64,000 nucleotides of DNA from Alloascoidea hylecoeti (taxonomy: Eukaryota): the NCBI GenBank assembly GCA_001600815.1, contig BCKZ01000004.1, positions 806,001 through 870,000 of the forward strand. Direction: 5' to 3'. The notes below the pieces were generated by a model. It searched no databases. It was not told the origin of the DNA and saw only the letters and a list, made by a program, of their open reading frames with translations. The position numbers and the translations under genes are program-made. This document shows positions 1 through 11,337 of the stretch, one piece after another (position 1 is the stretch's first letter; each line of letters begins with the position of its first letter).

Positions 1-132
1 CATTATCACTTGGAGAATAGCTAAATGAGTTGGTTCTAGAATCAAATTCCTCCATTCGATATTTGCCTTTATTCAATAATGTTAGTTGAGCATTCAAACT
101 CCAATACAATAAACATCTAACATACCAACCAT
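1..132 (-). CDS. 5' end of an unidentified intron-containing gene running off the window; exons 126..132 and <1..66 (MVGKYRMEEFDSRTNSFSYSPSDN...)
   Basis: ATG GTT G|GTATGT donor at 125, AACTAAC branch, AAG acceptor ending at 67 (59-nt intron). The frame stays open to the window edge. Confidence 0.55.
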
Positions 133-720
133 GAAGGTTCCCTGATTTAATTCATGATAGAAACATTTGCTTTGACCAGGTTCAATATAAAAGAAAAACG
201 ATTCGACAGGTGTAATTTGGTATATCAATGCCGACAAAACAACTGTTAAAACAGAAAAAATCTTCATTTCGACAAAACCTATAAAAATTTCTCAAAATAA
301 TATCGAGAAGTAGAAAAGAGAGTGTTTGAAGATTCGAAGGTCTGAAGATGAGAACCGGTACTGCGTTGTGAGTTTAAAGACAAGTGGCAGAATAGGCGTA
401 CGGATGTTTGTGCCTTACAAAAAATAATGATGGCTAAAAATATTATATCATCGTTATTTATATTAATAGATATTTTACACTTTAGAAATTATGATAGCCA
501 TACAATATTAATATTTATTTATAACATGAGAAACCTACTAGGTGGATAAAGAATAATGTATTAACAATATAAACAAAACTTCACAAATCTGGCTATAGCT
601 TGATGAGTACCCATCTAAAGGAATTAAGATCAAACCAATACAATATAACAATGCAAAACTTGATTATACAGGGGGACATTAATACTGCCAATGAAGTTCA
701 TTTTTAATATTATATACTGT

Positions 721-1216
721 TTAAGCGTTGAGGTCGTTGATGGTTAAGTTTGGTGGTAAACTTTGGACCAATTTGGAAGCCTTGTCACTGTCATTGACAA
801 CTAAAGTATACAAATATCTGGTACCACGGATTTTAAATTTTGTTTGCTTAAAAACTTTACCATTAGCACCAATTTTGTTGTTACCTTTGATGGTGGCAGA
901 CTTGACGTCCTTTCTGCGGGCTAATTCAACGAATTTTTTGATGTCTTTGATTTCTCTCTGAAAAATTAGGGTAATTAGCATTAAATTCTTTCGATTAATA
1001 AACTCTGAGTAAACGGCAGATAATTGTTTCAATTATCAAACAATAAAAAGTCGTTCAAATTATAGTAGGTGAAATTTATTAATTTATATGGCATTTGGCT
1101 CTCCATCCAAACCATTCTCAACAAGTTTTTAATGAATTTCTAGTCTCATGTTGAATTTAAACAATTATCTGTCATCTAGATTAAAAATTTCAAAAGTTGA
1201 TTAAACTTACGGCCAT
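721..1216 (-). CDS. RPL38: 60S ribosomal protein L38 (eL38); exons 1211..1216 and 721..957, 80 aa
   Basis: Spliced product is [26 protein letters not shown]...[15 protein letters not shown]. Intron 958..1210 has a GTAAGT donor, TGCTAAT branch and CAG acceptor. Confidence 0.96.
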
Positions 1217-1349
1217 TGTGGATATATTGTGCTGATTTATTGATAGTCAACAAGCAGTATTGTCAGATTGATTATACCTTCAAATTGCAAGTATCAGATA
1301 TTTTCACCTTCTAAGTATATCTGAGCACTCACTCTAGAAATAGAAATCG

Positions 1350-1396
1350 CAGTCACATGCTGTGTGGGTGTTATTAATATATTAGGGTTAAACCCT
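1350..1396. promoter_or_regulatory. RPL38 upstream elements: Homol-D (CAGTCACA 1350-1357), Rap1-like (ACACCCACACA on minus strand, 1361-1371), TTAGGG / AGGGTT-A-AACCCT Tbf1- or Homol-E-like (1382-1396)
   Basis: Motif matches clustered 135-180 bp upstream of a ribosomal protein ATG. Confidence 0.6.
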
Positions 1397-1447
1397 CTAA
1401 ATGTAGATCTAAATGTAAAGTTTAAATCTTAAACTATGCAATATTTT

Positions 1448-1618
1448 GTTAATATCGACCACTTGTGAGCCTATATGGTCGCCCACGAATGAGCAATTAT
1501 TCGTCTATATTTCAAGCTAATAATTCGACCACACGATGTAATATTAATATTATTCGATCAGTCAACTCATTTACTTGAAATATGGGCGAAAATATTGCTC
1601 AACAAGTGGCTGTTATTA
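1448..1618. mobile_element. Short MITE-like element with ~35-bp imperfect terminal inverted repeats; relative of the element at 62924-63344
   Basis: Left arm TAATATCGACCACTTGTGAGCCTATATGGTCGCCCA versus reverse complement of right arm TAATAACAGCCACTTGTTGAGCAATATTTTCGCCCA. The left arm closely matches the right arm of the 63-kb element. Confidence 0.6.
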
Positions 1619-1859
1619 TATTATATGTTATCTGGTATTCTTTTTCTATTGAAATGTATAATTATAACTATATTGGCTAGTTCTAGTAGTAGCAAAATGG
1701 TATTTATGAAAATATTAATAAAAATTTATCATGATTAATTGGTTGAAAATAATTATAATATACAATGAACATGGTATTGAATACAATTACAAGAATGTAA
1801 TTAAGAAAAATAAAAAAAACATTTTAAGATGTAAAAAAAAGCATTAATTAATGAAGCAT

Positions 1860-3895
1860 TTAACTTCTAGTTCGAGAACTAATTTTATCCTCAATTTTAT
1901 GATCTAGGAATGGTGAGATTGATGAATCAACTGAATGGGCATTTTTATGACCTCTTGTTCGTGAAGCAGCAGATTTAACTTTAGATGATTTAATACTCTT
2001 TATCTTTTCATTAGGGGGTGATGTAATCACTGTTGTTGTAGTTGTTGTAGTGGTAGTTCTTGTTTGTTTAACATTAATTTTTTGGCCATTTCTTGAAATG
2101 ATTCGAATAGGTGAAGTAGCAGCTCTACCAACTCTTTTCTTTGGAACAAGTTTTATGTCATCTTCTTCATTAGAAATATTTTTGGTTTTTAAATTTGCTT
2201 TCCGTCTTTGTGATGTTGGAATTGCATTTTTACGGCCTGTTGTAGAAATTCTAGTTTCATGATATTTTGGACTTGGTGTACCATCAAGATTTTCTTTTTC
2301 ATTAATATCTTGAGCATAAGGTGAAATTTTCCTTCTTGACACAGAAGGTGATTTATTATTCTTATCAATGATCCCAAAGTCTTCATCATCGCTTCTATCA
2401 TAATCAGAATTGTTATAAGTATATACATTATTATGTTTTGTTGGAGAATGGACATCTTCAATACCAGTATTACCATTATTGCTGATAATTCTTGATACTT
2501 TTCTCGATCTCACAGGGGATTTTCGTGGTTGACCAGGAGATTCTAAGGGGACAGCGGATCTTGCAATTTCAATATCATCAATTATTTTATGAGTCGGTGT
2601 TTTAAGAGGAGGTGTTGTGAGTCTAGTAATTTTTCCATTGTCTGAAGATTCATCATCAGAAAGTGACGTTGAGGAAGAAGATCTTGATGCAAGTTTAGAG
2701 TTTGAGTCAAGTTTAACAAGACTTGAGAATCCAGCCAGATTTTCATTTGGAATTTGACTCACAACCATTGTTCTTTTCCAATCTCTAAATTCATTACAAT
2801 GTAGGTATAACCAATGTTGCTGTGGACCAACGACCATTCCAGGTCTTATAATTCTCATATAAGCGATGCATTCATTAGCAGTAAAACCATGAGTATAAAT
2901 AAGATGCGCACCAATTAAACAGCCTGTTCTGCCTAAACCAGCTTTACAATGAACAGCGATTTTACCACCATTTGCAATAACAGCTTCAGAAACACCGATG
3001 AAATTTTGAACAATTTCCATAGTTGGACAAGTACCATCTTCAAAAATCATATCGATATGTTTAATTCCTCTTTTTTCAAATTCAGATGAATCATATAAAT
3101 GAGAATTTAATCGAACAACCAATTGAACATTATTTTTTTTAAAATAATCTAAAACATGTTTGAAAGTTGAAGATAAACCATTTTCATCTTCAATAATAAC
3201 TTCAGAATTTGAATATTTTAATTGTTTTGGAGAAGCAAAAGCAATAAAATCTTTTGAAATTACATTAAAATCACCTTTTTCAACTCTTTCATAAAGTTCA
3301 TATTCTTCAAGGTTAAAAGAAGTTAAATCGATCATTCCTCTTTCTTTTGCACGCCAAACACTATATACAACATCCTGAATACTAATTGTAAAATCGGCAG
3401 TAGAATATCCAGCATCACGGAATGGCATGAAAGGAGGATCTACTTGACTAATTGGAGCCAACACTTGATGTGGCGCCCAACCTTGTACTAAAACCATATA
3501 GCAAGAAAGTAAACAAGCTGTGTTTGCACGATCTCTAGAATTTGTTGCAGAGTATAATACAACTGATTTACCTTGATTTTTATCATTATTGAGAATATTA
3601 TGAAGAGTAACAGCGAATCGATATAAGTGACCGATATGCAATGGACCAAAGTCTAAATGGAAAGGGTTGTAAGGTAAGGAATCATCAATGGTGAAAAACA
3701 CAGCATCATTTGTATTTGGAGGATGAAAATCGTAGGCACCAAGATATATGCGATCTATTAAGATAGTGTTAATGTTAGAGTTGGGAGAAGCGTACATTTG
3801 TAAAACCAATGCCATCACAAAAGGTATAAGAACTTATATATACCTTTTAGGAACTCAATGAGAGGAACCTTTATTTTTCTCGAAACTTTTGACAT
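1860..3895 (-). CDS. CDC14: Cdc14 dual-specificity phosphatase; exons 3844..3895 and 1860..3754
   Basis: DFGPLHIGHLYRF and the HCKAGLGRTG catalytic motif. Spliced N-terminus MSKVSRKIKVPLIEFLK|DRIYLG; intron 3755..3843 (GTATAT...CTAAC...TAG). Confidence 0.96.
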
Positions 3896-4306
3896 GATGA
3901 TGTTATCAGATGAGTTGGATGAAGTAGAACAGTGGGGTGGTAAGTGAGAAGTAAGAGTATAACAATTGGAATTTCGGAGAGATTGTTTAGATTGAAATGT
4001 TCAGATTGAAATGTTCAAGAGTATAGATTCAGATGGAAGCATACAAGAGCCCTCTACTGTTCTGGGTGAAGAAGCAAAAAGGGAGTTGTAGGTAGGAGTG
4101 GAGATGGAAAGTTTCAAAGTGGAAACTGGAAATCGGGAGGTTTTATATACCAGTGTTTGTTTATTATTATTAAGATTCTGCTGTATGTGTTTATGTTTTT
4201 ATGTTTTTGTGTTGGCTGCGTCTGAGCACCTGCCAGGTTGTCCGTCTCCACGGCAACTGCGCAAACCTTTTTCGCTTATATAATTTATGATTTATAGTTT
4301 AGCAGT

Positions 4307-6319
4307 ATGCACATGCTATCCCTTGGTACGAATATAGTTGCATCCCTCTTTTTCTACTTCATGAGTTTAGATCTCGCTCTTCCAGCTGCTGCTCTGCTCG
4401 GGGCCGCTTACATCGATGCCAAAATACAACTGAAAAGCGACGTTTTCGTTATCGCAGGCTTCATAAAATGGACACTTTACTATAGGATGAGCGTTTTTAA
4501 GCATAAAGTCAGCTTCTGGTTTCTTTTTGAGTCTGTCGTTAGGTCAAATCCTGATAAGATTGCTTTGGCCTTTCCGAAGCCACGGTCTCCAGAGGAATTA
4601 CAGTCATTAGGGGTCTTTGATGAACAGGACCAAAGGAAATTATTTGAGCTGGAAACTTTTACTTTTAAAGAACTATACAATCAAATATTAAGGCTTTCCC
4701 ATATCTTGAAAACAAAGTATGGAGTTGCCAAAAACGATACGGTAATCATAGATTTTTCAAACAAATCTTTGTATATCATTATTTGGTTTGCTTTATGGAA
4801 TCTTGGTGCAACTCCAGTATTTTTAAACTACAATTTGGTATCAATTCCTTTGATTCACTCAGTGAAGGTCTCAGATGCTACACATTGCTTCATTGATTGG
4901 GATACGGATATAGCAGCCAACATGACAGCTGTAGAAAAGGAATTAAAAGTAGAAGCTCCAAATTGTCAACTTCATTACATGGAGGAGGATAAAATCACTA
5001 TTGCCATCTCAAAAGCTAATAAATATAGGACTCCTGACAATGAGCGCCCAGATCTAAAACCATGGGATCCGGCAATGTATATTTATACTTCAGGAACTAG
5101 CGGATTACCTAAATTGGCGATCATGAGTTGGGAGAAAGCTGTTTATGGATCTGTTCTATTTGGCCATGTCATGAGAATGACAAATAAAGAATTAATTTAC
5201 TCAGCTATGCCGTTATATCATTCAACTGCTGCTGTTCTTGGAGTTTTGCCAGCTTTTGGATGTAGTGCTGGATATGCTATTGGTCAGAAATTTTCCGCAA
5301 AAACTTTTTGGACTCAAGTTAAGCTAACTCATGCAACTTACATTCAATATGTTGGGGAAGTCTGTAGATATTTAATAAACAGTCCTCCTCATAAATATGA
5401 AAAAACTCATGGTGCAAAGGTTGCATTTGGTAATGGCTTAAGAAAAGATATCTGGCTAGAATTTAAAGAGCGCTTTAATATTCCTACTATCGGTGAATTC
5501 TATGCAGCAACAGAGGCACCCATGGCAACAACAAACTATCAAACTGGCGATTTTGCAATTGGTGCTGTTCGTAACTATGGTCTTATTGTCAGGACAATCT
5601 TATCATTAGAACAAACAATAATTGCCGTTGATCCTGATGATGACGGAGAAGTTTGGAGAGACCCAACAACGGGATTTTGTCGGGTTGCCAACCCTGATGA
5701 ACCCGGTGAATTTCTTTTCAGAATTTTCACACCAAGAGATACAGGTAAACATTTTCAAGGTTATAAAGGAAATGAACATGATACAAATAAGAAAATTTTA
5801 AGAGATGTATTTCATCATGGTGATGCTTATTTTAGATCTGGCGATTTATTAAAAGCAGATAAAGATGGTCTATATTATTTTGTTGATCGTTTAGGTGATA
5901 CTTTTAGATGGAAAAGTGAAAATGTCTCTACTAATGAAGTTGAAGGTATGATTTGTAAATATGATCAAGTTGAAGAATGTGTTGTTGTTGGTGTTAAAGT
6001 TCCAAATCATGAAGGAAGAGCAGGATTAGCTGTAATTACAACAAGAAATGGAATGGGTATTAAAAATTTTAATCTTGATCGTTTTGCAAAACATTTAAAA
6101 GAAAATTTACCAAAATTTGCAATTCCTTTATTTGTTAAATTTGTTAATAAATTAGAATATACTGGAAATCATAAAGTTGTTAAAAGAGTTTATCAAAATG
6201 ATCGTTTCCCAGCTGGTAGCAATGGCAATGAAACAATATATTGGTTTCATAGGAGCAAATATACACCATTATCAAGTGGAGATTGGTCTATGATATCTGC
6301 TGGACAAGTTAAGCTATAG
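4307..6319 (+). CDS. FAT1: Very-long-chain fatty acyl-CoA synthetase / fatty acid transport protein (start may be the ATG at 4361)
   Basis: YIYTSGTSGLPK AMP-binding motif, FATP motif YFVDRLGDTFRWKSENVST, C-terminal VKL. Syntenic with CST26/QDR3/FIG1. Confidence 0.93.
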   Translation: MHMLSLGTNIVASLFFYFMSLDLALPAAALLGAAYIDAKIQLKSDVFVIAGFIKWTLYYRMSVFKHKVSFWFLFESVVRSNPDKIALAFPKPRSPEELQSLGVFDEQDQRKLFELETFTFKELYNQILRLSHILKTKYGVAKNDTVIIDFSNKSLYIIIWFALWNLGATPVFLNYNLVSIPLIHSVKVSDATHCFIDWDTDIAANMTAVEKELKVEAPNCQLHYMEEDKITIAISKANKYRTPDNERPDLKPWDPAMYIYTSGTSGLPKLAIMSWEKAVYGSVLFGHVMRMTNKELIYSAMPLYHSTAAVLGVLPAFGCSAGYAIGQKFSAKTFWTQVKLTHATYIQYVGEVCRYLINSPPHKYEKTHGAKVAFGNGLRKDIWLEFKERFNIPTIGEFYAATEAPMATTNYQTGDFAIGAVRNYGLIVRTILSLEQTIIAVDPDDDGEVWRDPTTGFCRVANPDEPGEFLFRIFTPRDTGKHFQGYKGNEHDTNKKILRDVFHHGDAYFRSGDLLKADKDGLYYFVDRLGDTFRWKSENVSTNEVEGMICKYDQVEECVVVGVKVPNHEGRAGLAVITTRNGMGIKNFNLDRFAKHLKENLPKFAIPLFVKFVNKLEYTGNHKVVKRVYQNDRFPAGSNGNETIYWFHRSKYTPLSSGDWSMISAGQVKL

Positions 6320-7298
6320 ATCGGTAATAAAATGTAATAATGATATTATGAATAATTTTATTTAACTTTAACTAAATGAGAAGGAATCTTTAAATTATAC
6401 GTAAGCGCTGACTATCAGGAGCGGGATCTAGATGTATCGCGATCATGCTGTGATATTGATGGGTTTAAATTTATAGTAATTATAAATTATACATATACTA
6501 GTAAAATTATAGATATAGAATGATATATTTTCATGATTATTATAAACTCCACTTCTACTTAAAATTAAAGATTTTACAGTGTTTTCGTTTATTTTGGCGA
6601 TTGGATCAAAATATTTCCTTAAAATGGAGAAATTTATTAATAAAAAGTAAATAATTACTCGGCCAATACAAATACATATAGTTCCGTGAAAATCTACAAT
6701 ATTATTGTAATTGACCTTAAAGTAAATAGTGGACAACATTGCAGGGATAAACTTAGTAGTGCACCTTCTCCATCGTAGAAAGTAAATAACATATCTCTTG
6801 CTTTATTGATAATTTGGTGCAATAATTAATATAGTGGTAATCACTGCGATACCTGGGACAGAGAATTTCCATTTAGCGTGTTGAGAGCTATAGATGTATG
6901 TAACTTATAGTTATCTTTCATGCTCTTTCACTTGTATCTTCAGAATTTCTAAAATTAGCTATGGAAATGACCGATAACTAGTGATGAATGACCGAAATTA
7001 AGTAAAATGATCTGAAAGCATCTAACACAAACTAAAAGAATCGTACGTGTACGTGAACATTTATCATGAATAGTTATAAATAAATTTATTATATATTAAA
7101 AGCTGATACATAAAGCAAGAAATAATAGAGTCAACAAGATATCGATATTATATTTAAATTGTAAAATTATAAAAATAAAATAAATAAGTTAATCATTATA
7201 ATTAGGTTTAATTTCAATTATAAGTTGTTTAATAAACCAAGAAATAGTGTATGAATATTAACATTTACATTCATTTTCACATTTACAACTATCACCCA

Positions 7299-7700
7299 CA
7301 CAAGAACGATTTTTTGAATTTGAGCATTTGCAGGTTTTTTTGCATGAAGATGATGCACAAGAGCATGATTTTGAAGTCATTTGAGAGCATTGACAGGTTT
7401 TTTCACAAACACAAGAGCAGGCCATTTTTGTAATATTTTTTATTTGAGAGTAATGTAATATTTTGTTTAATAACGATTAATTACCTATAAAAAAGAGGAG
7501 ATTTAGCACCTTTTATATAATAAAAGGAGGAAGCACAAATTTCTCGAATTTAAGTTTATATGCAGTAAAAAATGAAGAGCATAATGCACGCCGTTTATTA
7601 TTAACGTTTCCGATAGAGCACAAACTTCTCAATTGAAAGTACAACATAAACAGTGAAAGTTGAGAGCAAAATGCACGCTGCTGATTAATCGCTAACATTA
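7299..7700 (+). repeat. Degenerate direct-repeat tract (~55-bp and ~86-bp periods, AGAGCA core)
   Basis: CACAAGA(A/G)C at 7299, 7356 and 7410; GAGCATT..CAGGTTTTT at 7322 and 7385; AGCACAAA(T/C)TTCTC at 7532 and 7617; AGAGCA(T/A)AATGCACGC at 7576 and 7663. Confidence 0.55.
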
Positions 7701-9674
7701 ACATTTTTAGGTAGAGTATGCACATGAACTTATATAATGATATATTAGCAGATCATGAAGAGTGATGTTGGCATCGATCCCTTTCTGTTCAATCATACTG
7801 ACCTAAACAAATAGCGAGTATAGAGGAATAAGTGTGCAGTGTTTGTTTTAAATTATCCTACTTATCCATATGTATTTCTTTAATTTTCATAAGTTTATTA
7901 GCATGTGCACATTTGGGTCTTTGAGTTTGTATATTAATTAGATTCTTTCTGGTCAATGGCCATACCATCTTAAAGACTAATATTAGTGAATCATATAGTG
8001 AACCTAATCGATAAGCAAGAGTCATACAGTCAGTCCAATCTCCTCGTTATCGGCTGAATTTTTATGTCTTGTTTCTTCTGAAACAGATTTTTGGGGTTAG
8101 CTCATAAGATCAACCATTTTATAAATAAATAATGCAGTAACGTTATTGATCATAACTTCATAAGTAACTGAAAAAATAATAAAAAATAGTAAAATAAAAA
8201 AGAAGGCATATCCCTTATCCCTGAAAACATCTACATCATCCATTGATCCCCCAGAGGAATTATATGATAGCAATGTGGGATAATGAAAAGTAGCGTTTTA
8301 TGAGTGAATCTACTGAGCGCTAAATTTTAGAAAACTTCTCACCCTCAAAAAAAAAAATTGCAAAGAAAAAATGTTGAAGAAAAAAAATTATCAGAATAAT
8401 GAGATTAATTAGATAGATTTTAGTGATGGTATTTAAAATAATCTGTCTTTATTGTTGTATCTGTGTACAGTCACAGTGTCACCCTCAACACCGCAACAAT
8501 AAAGCTTATAGTAAAGAATACAAAACTACTTACAAATATAAACCACGGAAATTCTAGAAGTATGTTTAAATCATGATCATCAGGTATTCATTTCAACGCT
8601 ATAATGTATTGGGAATTTGGGAAGCAAAAAGAAAAAAGTAACATACATGACGTGGGTTTACATCAGATGGCCCAAATTAAGTGGAATAAATAAAAAGATT
8701 TATCATCACGTGCACCATCTTCAAAATTTAATTTTGAAGTTTCAATTTTCCATAAGATAAGGAAAGGGTAAAATAAACATATGAATCTAAAGCTGATTGA
8801 TGTGATTATATCAAAACTAACATCGAGCTCCAATATTAATTGCGATGGTATGTTAACAATCTCTATCCGATCTATTTATATGTAAGGTACGTTATAAATT
8901 TTAAACTTATAATTGTCAATAGTTTTCATTAATATTACGATTCCTGTCCCCACGATTATCATAATGATGACTTGACAATTTCTCCCACTATATATACTCT
9001 CTATAAATTTATCATCTTCCACATGTCTCCAGGGTCTTTCAAGAAACTTGCACCTTGAGCTCAATTATCTGTTTCTAATAATACAAATATTAATGCAGCA
9101 TATCCAATTAACATTTTTCTTTACCAGATGTGATTTCTGGAAGGAAACTGATGTGGTACTGTAATCAAACCATCGCGGTTCCCTCAGCAATTAAATAAAT
9201 AATAGAGCCCGAACAAGTGATAGACTTGCATGTGATATTGCCAACAAAATATAAAGCTTTACGGTATCAAAGACGAAAGGCCTAATCGGCCTCTGCCGGA
9301 ACCTCGACTATGTATGTTTGGATAGAATTACACAATTCAGCCTAAGAAGTCTCAGTGTCAACAAACTTACTTACCTTACTTACTTAAAGGCCGAACACAA
9401 TTGGAAATAACAAATCAGACCAAGTTCAAGCATAATTTGTTGAACAAAACAACTTGTAAACAACATCTGATCATCCAAGACAAATAGTAATACACAAACA
9501 GTAGTCACAGGATGTAATTTAATAAAAGGTATATTGTATGATGACCCCAACAATACAAAATTATAATTAGAGAAATCTTTGGAGACTCATCTAACTTATA
9601 AACCATATTCATTTCCAAATTTTCCGTTTCTTCTCTTTTCTTTTCCAGTGTCTTCACTTGACCATTAAAAGAAA

Positions 9675-10973
9675 ATGAGAGTCCATTATCTTGCTGGTAT
9701 CAATTATGATGGATCAATATTCCAATCTAAGATCCCTATCATTAGGAGTATATCTGTGATTGTATACTTTTTTCTAGCAGTCCTATCCATTTGGTTCACA
9801 CAATTACTTGGTTATCCTCTTAGTTCCATATCTCTCACGAGCCGATTTTTCTCTCGATGGATGAATTATACAAAGCAACTGTTCGCCCTTCTTATTATAT
9901 CAATAACACAATGGATGTCGCCCGCATCAGTAAGGATATTCACTGACAAATCAATGGGCGGCGATGTCTTCTCCCTTGATGCTAGAGGTTGCTTATCTTC
10001 TACATTACAACAGAACGAACGCAACTCAATCATCATTTCAAATCATCAATTATATACAGACTGGATATATCTATGGTGGATTGCGTATAGCGCCAGGTTA
10101 CATGGTGCCATTCATATTTTCATGAAAGGTTCGCTTCGATCTATTCCTCTTTTAGGCAGGGGAATGGCAAATTTTAACTTCATATTTTTGAATAGAAAGT
10201 GGCAAAAGGATAGAAAATTGATGGATAAACAGCTAGATGACATTTTATCTTCAAACAAAATAGATCCAACCACAAACACAAAAAGTCAAGTAGATTTAAG
10301 AGATGTTTACAATAAATCGGATGATGATAAGCATACATTTATTTTTTTCCCTGAAGGTACGAATTTAGCTGAATGTACACGAGTGGTGTCGGATATATAT
10401 GCTAAAAAGATTGCACAACCACCAATGAATAATGTGTTATTACCACGTTCTACTGGCTTACGTTTCCTATTGGAGAAGTTAGATGCTGCTTCAAATGGAA
10501 AGGATCAATATCTTTATGATTGTACTATTTGGTATTCAGGATTTGATAAGACTGAATATGGACAAGACTTATACACCTTAAAATCAGTCTATTTATATGG
10601 AACGCGCTACCCTTCTACGATATCCATGTACTGGCGGCGATTTAACATTAAAGATATTCCTTATCAAGACCCACAAATTTTTGATCAATGGCTCCGAGAT
10701 ATTTATTATGAAAAGGATAGGTTATTAGATACATGTTATGAAACCAATGGCTCTTTTGTTGATCCGTCAGTTTCAAATAGCAATGATAATCAAGTCAAGG
10801 AGATTAAAACTTGTATTCAACTTTCTTCTAACTCACAGACTCTTCGTATCTTTGCGGCGCCATTGTTATTGATTGCAATGTATAAACTAAGAGTAATTGA
10901 TACTTTGTGGTCAATCATGGATAACTCCCTAATGTTAAGTGCTTATAAATTCCTGGGGCAGATTGGTTTGTAA
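9675..10973 (+). CDS. CST26: Lysophospholipid acyltransferase (PlsC family), Cst26/Psi1-like
   Basis: NHQLYTDW (HxxxxD), FIFLNRKW and FPEGTN motifs. Lies between FAT1 and QDR3 as in S. cerevisiae. Confidence 0.85.
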   Translation: MRVHYLAGINYDGSIFQSKIPIIRSISVIVYFFLAVLSIWFTQLLGYPLSSISLTSRFFSRWMNYTKQLFALLIISITQWMSPASVRIFTDKSMGGDVFSLDARGCLSSTLQQNERNSIIISNHQLYTDWIYLWWIAYSARLHGAIHIFMKGSLRSIPLLGRGMANFNFIFLNRKWQKDRKLMDKQLDDILSSNKIDPTTNTKSQVDLRDVYNKSDDDKHTFIFFPEGTNLAECTRVVSDIYAKKIAQPPMNNVLLPRSTGLRFLLEKLDAASNGKDQYLYDCTIWYSGFDKTEYGQDLYTLKSVYLYGTRYPSTISMYWRRFNIKDIPYQDPQIFDQWLRDIYYEKDRLLDTCYETNGSFVDPSVSNSNDNQVKEIKTCIQLSSNSQTLRIFAAPLLLIAMYKLRVIDTLWSIMDNSLMLSAYKFLGQIGL

Positions 10974-11337
10974 AAATGATGTGATTTATTTATGATGGGA
11001 TATTTACTGTGACTTTTAGTGGATATAAGCTATTTTGATATAGTTTTCCAGTTACTTAAGCTTGGTTCGCTAATATAAATTATATACATTTATGAAAATA
11101 ATATTCACAATTATATATTAATTTTTTATCATTGAAATAAGCATTAATTACGCGGTGACCGTTAAATCTTAAATGTGTCATACTGTACGATTAAGCCGCA
11201 CCGTTACGGGTACCAACATGCATCTACGTAAACTTTTAACTATAAATTTTATTTGTATTTCCTCCTCCTTCTCCTCCTCCTGAAATAATTAATATCTCTG
11301 TCATGAGTCAGGATTTTATTGAATTTTACTACTAAAA

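Noticed and set aside
6981..7801. C/D-box snoRNA candidates (GTGATGA at 6981 with CTGA at 7012; ATGAAGA...CTGA near 7755-7801)
   Set aside because: Too short, no terminal stem, and no recognisable rRNA-complementary guide.
7951..8060. GGTCAATGGCCATACC resembles the 5' end of 5S rRNA
   Set aside because: Similarity ends after ~15 nt; no internal box A/C match or closing stem.
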